Part shown: positions 41,913 through 55,979 of the stretch, in pieces
Layout of the letters: the number at the start of each line of letters is the position of its first letter
How positions within the stretch are numbered: the first letter of the stretch is position 1
DNA from: Eledone cirrhosa
Taxonomy: Eukaryota
Assembly (NCBI GenBank): GCA_964016885.1
Contig: OZ024742.1
Location: forward strand, 290,036,001-290,100,000
DNA length: 64,000 bases
Reading direction: 5' to 3'
Program-made: the position numbers and the translations under genes
Notes under the pieces: model-generated
Told to the model about the DNA's origin: nothing
What the model saw: the letters and a program-made list of their open reading frames with translations, nothing else
The model's database searches: none

Positions 41913-42737
41913 ATATCACGATAAATTAACGGAGGCATAGGCCGTCGTTATTCCCTGTAAATAATGTGCTCAAAGGGGAAGAGATCCTGAGCCCTTTAAA
42001 TTATAATATGTTGAGAAGGTAACACACCAGAGAGAGATATATAGTGTGTTATCAATAATACAGGGGAAAAAACCACCAGTGTATGGAATCTATAACCTAT
42101 GAAAGGCAGACTATAGACACGATAATTAAAAATATAAATTAAAGCGTAAATAAATACCTCTATAACTATATAACACACGTACAAATCCAAAGATATGTTT
42201 CATCAAAAAATTTGTTGAAAGAAATGGTCTAGTCTCGGTTCATCAGCGTGTGTAAGGCCATACATTTCAGACAACACTAAGAGAATTTTACAATTGACTG
42301 TCCAGCTACACGTGGGAGAGAGAAGTCACAGCGTGTTTAAGGGCAGTGAACCAGTGGCCTCTGAGAGACGAACTGCTAGAAAGGGCAGCCCAAAGCCACT
42401 CAGAGAAGTGTGCTCAACCAAACAGAGGTAGGAAAGACTGTTATTAGGAGCGAAATATCACGATAAATTAACGGAGGCATAGGCCGTCGTTATTCCCTGT
42501 AAATAATGTGCTCAAAGGGGAAGAGATCCTGAGCCCTTTAAAATATAATATGTTGAGAAGGTAACACACCAGAGAGAGATATATAGTGTGTTATCAATAA
42601 TACAGGGAAAAAAAAACACCAGTGTATGGAATCTATAACCTATGAAAGGCAGACTATAGACACGATAATTAAAAATATAAATTAAAGCGTAAATAAATAC
42701 CTCTATAACTATATAACACACGTACAAATCCAAAGAT
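41913..42737 (-). mobile_element. Non-coding 542-bp-unit element (1.5 units) with an HHR
   Basis: 41916-42196 is repeated at 42458-42737; (TA)n flanks. Confidence 0.75.
42173..42253 (-). ncRNA. Type-I hammerhead with a full stem III
   Basis: Minus strand: ACACACG-CTGATGA-ACCGAGA...TTTTGAT-GAAA-CATATC(TTTG)GATTTG-TA-CGTGTGT. Confidence 0.72.
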
Positions 42738-42775
42738 ATATTATATATATATATATATATTATATATATGTATAT

Positions 42776-42809
<34 letters not shown>

Positions 42810-42862
42810 ATATATATTATATATATGTATATTATATATATATATATTATATATATATATAT

Positions 42863-44578
<1,716 letters not shown>

Positions 44579-44664
44579 GAAAAATTGAACAGGGACCGAA
44601 CAGAGAGGCAGTACGATAAATGTTTATTAAATTCACGCTCAGGAGAGTGGGGGGTAGGTGGGGG

Positions 44665-44696
44665 ACGACGTTTCGGGCATAAGCCCTTCTTCATGT
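44665..44696 (-). ncRNA. Degenerate minimal PLE-type hammerhead (C3>A)
   Basis: Minus strand: AC-ATGAAGA-AGGGC(TTAT)GCCC-GAAA-CG-TC-GT, near the end of a PLE-like 3' UTR (about 44577-45490). Confidence 0.6.
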
Positions 44697-44997
44697 GAGA
44701 GTTCAAAAGGTGTGTAGGGGAGTGGTGGAGAGACATATAGCCAAAGGAAACGGTGCGAATGAAAAATTAACAAATAAAGACAAAAATATAATAAATAATA
44801 AATAAAAATAAAGCATGATCAAAATACAAGGAATGAGAAAATTTAAAAATAAAGGCATGATCAAAATAAACTGAAATTAAAAGGGGGGTAAACAGGTGGT
44901 GGAAGGGTGTGGGTGAGTAGAGGTGGTGGCGGGTGGAGTGGGGAGAGGGAGACGGGGTGTCCGAGCGGGGAGGGCTGAAGGTGGTGTGTGTGGTTAG

Positions 44998-45036
<39 letters not shown>

Positions 45037-45696
45037 AAAGTGAGGGTTGGGGGAAGAACGGGGTTGCATGTTCAGGAAGGTGTGAGTGGGGGGTGTTTTT
45101 GTGGGTCGGAGGGTCTGTGCGTGTGTGGATAGGGGGTGGGGGGAGAGGAATCAGGGGGCTGAGGGTGTAAATATGTGGTGGGAAGCACGTGTGTGTGGTT
45201 TAAGCGTGTTGTGGGTGTGGGTGGCGTGTGGATAAAAAAAATTGTTTTGGGGTGTGTGTGTGTGGGTGAGTTATATAGGTGATGGTGTAAGACGATGGTT
45301 GAAAAGTGGTAAGTTTCACGGATGTATGGAGATTTCGGTTAGAAGTCAAAACGCGTGTGGGTAATCCAAGAAGCGGTGGTCGGAAGAGGAGAGATGTGGG
45401 GTGCGCGCGCAACAGGAAGTGGTCAGCAGTGGAAGTGCTGTGGTCAGTTAGTGTTTCTCTCTCTTTTTTTTCTTTCCTCTTTCTTCAATAATTATTTGAA
45501 TCTCTAGCAGTTATGTAAATTACTGTTATGTATTTTTAAACTTTATTACACGCACCCTCTGTATTATATGTATTATATGTAAGTTTTTTCATGTATCAAT
45601 CTTAAGGTATATAAATATTGAGTTTTGTCATATCTTACTCACTACCATGACTGGATCTTAACCATCTACTATGTCAGAGTATGTCATGCATCATCT

Positions 45697-45763
45697 TATT
45701 TTATCTGATGAGGAGGTACTGTTGAAGTTAGCTCAGTACCTCTGAAATATGTATAATAAAATA
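45697..45763 (+). ncRNA. Minimal type-I hammerhead
   Basis: TATTTTAT-CTGATGA-GGAGGTACTG/CAGTACCTCT-GAAA-TATGTA-TA-ATAAAATA. Confidence 0.87.
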
Positions 45764-45808
45764 TACTTGATCACAATGAACTTCTATTTTTATTAATATT
45801 TTGAATGA

Positions 45809-45858
<50 letters not shown>

Positions 45859-45884
45859 TGAAATAAACAACATAAGATAATTAC

Positions 45885-45943
45885 TTCATTTACCAGTGGT
45901 TCCTTGAAAGCAACCAAAATTGCTTTCATTCATCAGAATGAAA
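45885..45943 (-). ncRNA. Mutated copy (GAAA>GGAA) of the hammerhead at 55257
   Basis: About 45855-46250 is a reverse-complement copy of about 54960-55345. Confidence 0.6.
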
Positions 45944-46163
45944 AAATCCTGGTGTCTTTATTGACAGTGGATTTGAAAAACAAAAATATAACAGATATGA
46001 AAGTGAAGCTGGAGGAAAAAATGGGGGGGGGGGGATAATAATTGAGAATATATAAGAATACACACGTACACACACACACGCTCACATATACACACATATA
46101 TACACATATATATACACTATATATACACATATATATACACAGAGACACATATACACACATACA

Positions 46164-46226
<63 letters not shown>

Positions 46227-46242
46227 ATACATAAATACACCA

Positions 46243-46274
<32 letters not shown>

Positions 46275-46275
46275 G

Positions 46276-49010
46276 CAAAAATTTTATTTTAAATTGTTGG
46301 GTTACAACGAGTAAATATTTTATAACTGATATAAAGCACTCAACAAGTTTTGGAGTAGATATACGATATTAAACAAATGGAAACTATATTTATAAAACCA
46401 TATTTATTTCATTATACATATTTCATTATACATATTTCATACAATTTTTTAATTACCTTAATCTAAAAATAGAAATAGAGAATAACCATAGAATAGTCAA
46501 TTTCCTAGATGTAACACTAAATCACAACACATGTCTTCACTATCCATTTCACAAACTGAATGAAAACTTGAATTATGTCAGTTTTAATTCTAATCACCCC
46601 AGATCTGTTAAAAATACTATAGTGAACTCTGTTCAAGAACGTATCTCAAGAATTTCATCTAATAAAAATAATTTCGACGAAAAAGCGCAGTATTACAATG
46701 AAGCGTTAGCTAGAGCAGGATATAGTGATAAAATTATGTACATCGATAATAATAGGCAAACTAACCAATATAACAACAATTTTAATTACGGTAACAACTT
46801 TAACAACTATAATAGAAAACATTACAATAATTCCAAAAGCCAGAAAAGAAATAGAACTAGAAATATAATATGGTTTGCCCCCCCTTTCTCACTAAATATT
46901 AAAACCCACATTGCTAAACTATTTTTTAATGCTCTTGACAAACGCTTCCCTAGAACACATAAATATCACTCAATTTTTAATAGACATACTATAAAATTAA
47001 CTTACTCGTCCACCAAAAACTTAGCACAAAATATTAACAGAATAAATAATAGGAATCTAAAACCTAGCCTAAATACCGATAATAGCCTAAACAATATTCA
47101 ATTAAACAACTGTAACTGTAGAAATAAATCTAAATGTCCGTTAAATAACAATTGCTTAGTTAAAAATATAATATACAATTGTAATGTTAAAACTGACTTA
47201 AATTCTTTTAACTATGTTGGTTCCACCTCGACAGAATTTAAACTTCGTATAATAATCATAAGAATTCTTTCACAGATCCAGGCAAAAAATCTTCAACTTC
47301 ACTATCAGGCTTACTCTGGCAACTTAAACATGATAACGTTGGATATTCGTTGTTTTGGAATATAGTCTCAAGAGGGATTCCTTTTAATTCCTCATCTGAG
47401 ACATGTGACCTCTGCGTGGAGGAGATATTCTTTATATTAAAATCTAAAAATTCCCTTAATCTAAGGAGCAATTTATTCAGTTGCTGCAGACATAGATTGA
47501 ACTCAACGTTTAAATATAAATATAAATTTAAAATGTAGTATATTTAGTTATGATATTTATTTAATTAATTATGAAACATGACGATAAATCTTTTATTTAT
47601 TTAATTAATTATGAAACATGACGATAAATCTTTCGATTCCTTCAACTTTTTCTTTTTAAACCTTCTTCATAAATATATACTAATGATGTAATTAAACTAC
47701 TCTAAAATGTAGATGCTCCCAATCTATTGAATAAATTTTACGCTAGATAAACTTCTATACTAAATATAAGAGCATCTGTAGAACAACAGGGTCTCCTAAA
47801 TCTTTTAAATGATTTCTGCTAAATAAGTCTTGTTGAATAATTTTGATTTTTTGTTTGCTTTTGATTCTGATTGCTTCTAATGAACTTGGCAATATATTGT
47901 CAGATAAATTGGAAGGGTTGATTTCTGTGGTCGATATGGGGGCCATATTGTGTTTTTTTTTTTAAGGCCCTAGACACTCTAGGGAGTGATGAAAGTATTC
48001 TTAGCGTTTTGATATATCGATATCTGTTGTCTATTCTATACATGAACGATAATCATGTATGTGAGGGCAGGAATATTAATATTAATATATATTTTATATT
48101 TTTTATGTATGTGTATGTATGTATATATATATATAGTAAAATCTTTTATAACGCAAAGGAAAATTTTTTCATGTGAAATAAGAAATTACAGAGCTGATCA
48201 CGTATGTATATCTATAGTGTCAACTAGAACTTGAGATGACCTTCTCTTTTTCTCTTTCTTTCTTTTTCCGGAAAGTACATATATACTTATGTATTTTGAG
48301 GTTTTACCTCAGGTTTTAATATATCGACCTAAGAATTTTTAAACTAAACATATGGTCATTATTTTTCACACATTATATATCTGTCTCATTCATGAATATT
48401 GATATTTACAGTATAATACCCAATTCATATAAATTGATAGGACATAACGTAAAGTTGTAAATCTGTCATCCTTCTCTCTAGATATAGCTTTCTTCTCCTC
48501 CCTCTATACATGATGTAATTTTATGTATCGCTGTTTTCTCTTTAGTTATATCTCTCCGTCTCCTCAACACTATAACTAAATAAATAAATAAATAAATAAT
48601 TACAGTACTCCCCCCCCCCCCCGCCGCCTAAATCTCTCAATTTACATGTTGAATTATTATTATTCATCTGTTACCTCAGCTGCCTCTCATTTTTCACCTC
48701 CTCACTATTTCTCTCTCCCATATCTCTCTCTATCTCTCTCTGTTTTTCTTTACATACATTTATTCCTTCTCTCCGTCTTTCTTTCTAACTGTACTTAACA
48801 CTAAATATTTACAAATATTTCACTACCAAACCAACTTTTTTAAATGGAAGTTGTTCAATATTTTATGGTACGCCAAATTTATTTATAAAACTGCTTATAT
48901 ATTGTATTTTATCTGAAGAAGGCATGCCATATTTTTAATATGGTATCCCTGAAATATGTATAATGAAATAAATATGGTTTTATAAATATAGTTTCCATTT
49001 GTTTAATATC

Positions 49011-49012
<2 letters not shown>
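46276..49012 (+). mobile_element. 5'-truncated copy of the PLE family at 11599-15788, with an inverted pseudo-LTR stub
   Basis: ORFs 46568-47538 are nearly identical to the protein at about 13300-14281; 46276-46430 is an inverted pseudo-LTR end. Confidence 0.9.
48905..48970 (+). ncRNA. Minimal type-I hammerhead (same family as 15682)
   Basis: TATTTTAT-CTGAAGA-AGGCATGCCATAT/ATATGGTATCCCT-GAAA-TATGTA-TA-ATGAAATA. Confidence 0.82.
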
Positions 49013-49081
<69 letters not shown>

Positions 49082-49884
49082 CATATATATATATATATAT
49101 ACATATATATATACATATATATACACATACACATACATACATATATATACACATACACATACATACATATACACATACATACATGGTGGCTTCCAACTCG
49201 TTTTCGAGTACGGCCACTACTTTATATCCATGTAGAAGAACCCCTACCGATGCGCTGAACGAGTTTGACTATTTAGTCCAGCCAGCGACTTGAAAACTCT
49301 GGTACAAACACTACACTTGTGACAATTATTGACACATAGTGCTGGGCCCATGGTACCATGTGACGACAAGTGCAGAGAGATCTCCAGATATAAAGCAATG
49401 TCTGTGCCATGAAGCTTTTATAGTGAGCAAAGGCACTGCACAAAGCCAGTCCCACTCTCTTAACCAAGATGATATTTACCAAAAAGAAGAACAAGTCAAC
49501 ATCATTGGATACCATCAGGGTTGCAGGTGTTATATCAGAGTTTTCCTTCTCCTAGAATTCTGCCTTGACAAAGGCTAAGGGGTCATCTCTCCCAACACAC
49601 ATACATACACGCATATATACACACATGCATACGTACTCACATATAAAAGGATACATATGCACACACACAAATAAGAATAAATAATCATAATAGGCCGTCA
49701 CATACAAATAGGCAAATAAAAAATAAGGATTAAGAAAATAAAAATAAAAAATATTATTAAGTTGACAGAGATACAAGGCGACAAAATTTAAAATTAAAAT
49801 AAATATAATAATAATAAAAATAATAAATGACTAAACGCACGTGGTAAGCAAATACACAAAAAAAAAACTAAATATATATATATA

Positions 49885-51947
49885 TGTAGCGCTCTCTAGA
49901 CAGGAAGTAGCTGGAGTTACTTCCCGTTGAGGTTGCAGAACCTTCTTGGGGACTTCTGTCCGAGGGAACTATAAAGGAGAGAGCCGAAAGCTAACTCTCT
50001 CTCATTCCACCTTTCGGCCAGGCGCTTTCCGCCGAAGGTATACTCTCTGGCAACCTGAACATGGTAATGTAAAGACCTTTTGGTCTCTTGCGCGCTGACT
50101 TCAAAACGGTAAACAACTAACTTTAATTCATCCTTTCATCTCTCTTGGCATGTCAACTATTCTGCTCTACATAGCCCAACCTTGTTAAATAAACATTGTA
50201 CATACAACCCAGTGTCCCTGTTATAATTGTTGACCCCGAGAAAAAAAATAATAGGATTAGTGTTATGTGAATAAAAAAAAAAAAAGAAAATTAATTAGCA
50301 GTATTTCAAAAAAGAAAAAATTCCTCTAACAACATTCCACATGGATTTTTTCTACAATATTCCACATGGATTTTTTTCTCCAAAACTGTCTACAACGAAA
50401 AATATAAGTAATCTTTTCCTCAGCAGCAAACAAACAAGAAAATATTTTGCTTTTCACCTCACGTGTTTACATCGTTTAAATGTGTTTCAATCACTGGATA
50501 TATCCTTAGTCCGTCTCACAACCAACACTCAAAATAGCTTGGACTCCTGTATTCTTATATTCAACATGTCAATTTTGATGAACATCACAGCTCGCTTACT
50601 CATTCAACTAACCCTTTTTAGCTACTTTTTCATCACTTTCAAAAAAAAAATTGAACTCTCGCCATATACAAAGTGAATATAGCCTTTCCTTCTTTTTCAT
50701 CATATTATCATGTTCACACACAAATTTTTTTAAATGGCTGCCAACGACCTGTTGCACTATCATTTTCGCGCCATTTTCTCGCGCAATAGAAATATTTTTA
50801 AACTCACTGAGATAACACACGCCATAGATAATGTTTCTTGCCAAGGATTCTCCAGCCTGAAACTATATTCTCCTATTTGCCGGTTTAAAAATTTACCACG
50901 TAAATTTGCCGTTGAAAACTGCGCATTTATTCAGAATGATTATTTCTATGGTCGCTGGCCTCTTGACCCATCCAAGTCAACGCGTTCTCAACATCGACCA
51001 TCAACTTTGGCTGTTATTTCTAGCACTTTGGGCAACTCATTTTTTCTGGGAAACTTTTTACTGTGAATGGAAACAACATCGAATAGGCTCACTCCGCGAG
51101 ACAATAATAAGTCAGCTTCATCTTTGCTTTATCAACAACCAAAACCAGCAAAACAAAACACAGAGAATTTATTTTTGCAGCACTCTTCCTGTGAGAAAAT
51201 CCCACCGCCTTCGGAGGTTGGGAATTTCACGTTGTACCACAGTCCAGAAACCACCTGCATATATTCCCTTGGTGATACTCTCTTTCCTGCTGTCATGTTA
51301 ACTTTATTTTTGAACATTTGAACTTTTTTTAATAACTATGTTCGAGCACGATTCTTTGCTCCTTTGACCTCTTCTGAGGTTGATTACATTGTATCCTTGT
51401 GTGATGGATAGATAAATGTCCAGTCGTTCTCTGGCCAAGAGCGGTTGGCTACCTTGATATCTATCATTAATTTTTGCATGCTCATTTTGCTATTTGCTTG
51501 CTCATGTTTTGTTCATTCATGTTCTTGTACCTTTTGCCTTGCTCCTCGTGTTCTTGCTACAATGATTTCATTTGGTCATTCGACTTCTCGTCTGGGAGGG
51601 GAGTCATGTAGCGCTCTCTAGACAGGAAGTAGCTGGAGTTACTTCCCGTTAAGGTTGCAGAACCTTCTTAGGGACTTCCGTCCGAGGGAACTATAAAGGA
51701 GAGAGCCGAAAGCTAACTCTCTCTCATTCCACCTTTCGGTCAGGCGCTTTCCGCCGAAGGTATACTCTCTGGCAACCTGAACATGGTAATGTAAAGACCT
51801 TTTGGTCTCTTGCGCGCTGACTTCAAAACGGTAAACAACTAACTTTAATTCATCCTTTCATCTCTCTTGGCATGTCAACTATTCTGCTCTACATAGCTCA
51901 ACCTTGTTAAATAAACACTGTACATACAACCCAGTGTCCCTGTTATA
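49885..51947 (+). mobile_element. Non-autonomous LTR retrotransposon (341-bp LTRs at 49885-50225 and 51607-51947)
   Basis: Direct repeats TGTAGC...GTTATA with about 6 differences; PBS-like TGTTGACCCCGA after the 5' LTR; polypurine tract GGGAGGGGAG before the 3' LTR; no gag/pol; inside (TA)n. Confidence 0.85.
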
Positions 51948-52334
51948 TATATATATATAAAAAAAAAATATATATATATATATACACGCACATACACATA
52001 TATATATGTGTACATACACACACACACACATATATATACATATACACACTCACATACGCATACATATAAATATACAAGCACAACCCATACATATACACGC
52101 ACACATAAATGCATACAACCACATACACACATAGTATAAGCATTTCTTAAAGATAAAAACATAAATATAAAAACTATAAAGTTACATACACACATACGCA
52201 TAAGTACGTACACACGCACGCACATACACAGACATATATATATATATATACACATATATATATACATATGAAAAATATATATATATACACACACATATAC
52301 ACACCTACACACATACACACATACACACACACAC

Positions 52335-52414
<80 letters not shown>

Positions 52415-52538
52415 ATACATACACACATATACATATATATACATAAAAGAAATACATAAAAATTTATTTTCAATTTTATGTATATATACATATATACACA
52501 CACACATATATATATGTATACATATATATATATATATA

Positions 52539-53840
52539 TGATGGCTGCCCCCTCGTTATCGAGTATGACCATTGCACGAGAAAAAAAAAATATATATATA
52601 CATATATACATACATATACATATATATTAATAACAATAATAATAATAATAACAATAATAACGACAACAACAACAATAATAATATACATATATATACACAC
52701 ACACACGCACACACATAAACATATCTATACACACGCACACACACGATAGCAACTAACAACGCTGCGATCGAATGGGGCTTTTTAGCCCAGCCAATGATCT
52801 AAAATGTCTTGCACAGAGTCGGCAACCAAAACATTCACTGGGAATAGCCGGCTGTGGTTGGAGTTCATGTACTTTTGCATGTCGTTTGAGCCCTACTGCT
52901 GATTTACATTCTCTACCACATGCTTGGCAAGCATGATGAGTAGCATCTCCAACAGTAGCCTGGTAGTCAACCACTGGTCTTACTTTATGACTGCGAAGAT
53001 GACTTTCGAGTCCAGCTTTGCTTAGGCAGTCTCTCGCACAGACGCTGCATGTCAGCACCATAGGGGGAGCCTCTCCGTCTGGAATTGCAACAGCAATGCC
53101 CTTTCTCACATCCCGCTTTACTTTCTCGTATGCGATTCGAGATGCCTCAAAGGCAACTTTTCCCTCATATACAGTCTTTCTCCATTTATTACGATCAGCA
53201 GCAATATTCTCCCATGTATCAGCAGAGATGTTAGCGTCTTTCAGAGAGGCTTTCAAGGAATCCTTATACCTCTTTTTTGGTTTATGTGGCGGTCATTTTC
53301 CTTTAACTAACTCTCCATAAAAGAGTTGTTTTAGTATTCTAGAATCCTTCATCTGGCAAGGTGACCACTCAACGGAGTCGTTGCTTAAGCACAAGAGCTT
53401 CTATACTGTCACACATAGAGCTTTCCAAAATCTCGATATCACTGATGTGGTCCCTCCAGTGAACGCCATGGATCCGTCTGAGACACATCTGATGGAAACG
53501 CTCCAATTGCTTAAGGTGGTGTCGATATGTGACCCAGGTCTCGCAGGCATAAAGAAGAGAAGAGAGCACACATGCCTTGTACACCTTTACTTTGTCTTCT
53601 TGCATATGTCACGCCGACCCCAGAGTCGACTTTCTAGCTTTCCGAAAGCATCACTTGCTTTCCTAATCCTAAGTGAGATTTCACTATCAAGGTTGCTGTA
53701 TCGATTGACAGTGCTTCCCAGGTAGACAAACTGATCAACCACTCCAAGTCGTTTACCATACACATAGATATTTGGTTCACTGTATTGCTTACCAGGGGCA
53801 GGTTGGTACATGACAACGGTTTTCTTGAGACTGACAGTCA
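52539..53840 (-). mobile_element. 5'-truncated RTE (BovB-like) LINE with C-terminal C2H2 zinc fingers
   Basis: FVYLGS, RIRKAS.AFGKL, LLYACETW, LERFH..CLRRI, then CxxC..H..H repeats; RTE-like 3' UTR piece at 52539-52579, separated by simple repeats. Confidence 0.85.
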
Positions 53841-54038
53841 AATATATATATATATATACATACATACACAAAATAAAATAAAGGGAAGGAAGGGGTATTC
53901 AAATAGTAGGGCATACGACAAATAAAAAAAATCAATGTTTATAACTGATTAAGAGCACTCAACAGTTCCTAGAGCAAATAATCAATAAAAGTAAGCATTA
54001 AAAAACTCTGTATGTAATTATGCATATACATACAAAAC

Positions 54039-54087
<49 letters not shown>

Positions 54088-55256
54088 CCAACTACATACA
54101 CATATATATACATATACATATATATATATATACACATATATATATACATATACACATACATATATATATATGTATATATATACACACACACACTAATATA
54201 CACACACACATAAGTACAAAGGGTTACAATACCACATAAATAAAAATACACACACACATATATATACACATACATACACATACACATATATATAAAAATT
54301 ACACATATATATATACATACACTTATATACACATATACACGACAACATACATACACATAAAATTAATATCTAAAAATCAAAAGGGGTGGGTATGTAAAGG
54401 GTAAGGTAGAGAGTAGGTGGGAATAAGGAAAATAATTAACATAAGAAAAAGTTAAAAAATAAGAGGAGATAAGGGGAAAAGAGAAAATAAGGGTACAGAA
54501 AGTGATTTCAGAGAGTAATAAAAGTTGTAGTAGATGTAAGGCGTAAAGAGCAAAGAAGTTCAAGGTGGTTAAGTCATCGTAGCAAAGAAGAAGTTCAAGG
54601 TGGTTGAGTCATCGTAGGAATGTCAATCCAGTTACAGAGCAGATGTGATTTCAGGTGAGGACAACATCTGCAGATCTCGGTCTTGGAGTTAATATTTTTT
54701 TTTTTTATTTTCTTAATCCTTATTTTTTATTTGCTTATTTGTATGTGACGGCCTATTATGATTATTTATTCTTATTTGTGTGTGTGCATATGTATCCTTT
54801 TATATGTGAGTACGTATGCATGTGTATATATGTGTGTATGTATGTATGTGTGTGTGTATGTATGTATGTGTATATATATGTATGTATATATATATATGTA
54901 TATATATATGTATGTGTGTGCATGTATATATGTATGTGTATATATATATATATATATGTGTGTGTGTTGGTGTATTTATGTATGTGTATATATATATATG
55001 TGTGTGTTGGTGTATTTATGTATGGATATATATATATGCATGTATGTGTGTATATGTGGCTCTGTGTATATATATGTGTATATATAGTGTATATATATGT
55101 GTATATGTGAGTGTGTGTGTACATGTGTGTTGTTTTATATTCTCATTTATTATTCCCCCACCCCACCCCACCCCACCTTTTTTTCCTGCAGCCTCACTTT
55201 CATATCTGTTATATTTTTGTTTTTCAAATCCACTGTCAATAAAGACACCAGGATTT

Positions 55257-55316
55257 TTTCATTCTGATGAAGGAAAGCAATTTTGGTTGCTTTCAAGAAA
55301 CCACTGGTAAATGAAA
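55257..55316 (+). ncRNA. Type-I hammerhead in a PLE-like 3' UTR (about 54690-55345)
   Basis: TTTCATT-CTGATGA-AG-GAAAGCAA/TTGCTTTC-AA-GAAA-CCACTGG-TA-AATGAAA. Confidence 0.72.
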
Positions 55317-55438
55317 TAATTATCTTATGTTGTTTATTACATAACTAATAAGCTCTGTAACCTACATAGAGCACTCTTTTTTCCTGGACCTTTCCGACGG
55401 AATCACTTCACACATATATACACACAGACACATCCTCA

Positions 55439-55520
<82 letters not shown>

Positions 55521-55637
55521 ATTATATATATATATATATATTATATATTATATATATATATTATATATATATATATATTATATATATATATATATATTAT
55601 ATAATATATATATATATTATATATTATATATATATAT

Positions 55638-55669
<32 letters not shown>

Positions 55670-55761
55670 TATATATATATTATATATATTATATATATAT
55701 TATATATATATTATATATATATATATATATTATATATATTATATATATATTATATATATAT

Positions 55762-55876
<115 letters not shown>

Positions 55877-55979
55877 ATATTATATATATATATATTATAT
55901 ATATATATATTATATATATATATATTATATATATATATTATATATATATTATATATATATTATATATATATTATATATA

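Noticed and set aside
50341-51321. Plus-strand ORFs inside the LTR element as gag/pol/env
   Set aside because: Short, overlapping and without zinc knuckle, protease, RT or integrase motifs.
52753-53256. Host C2H2 zinc-finger gene
   Set aside because: Contiguous with the RTE reverse transcriptase C-terminal sequence and followed by an RTE-like 3' UTR.
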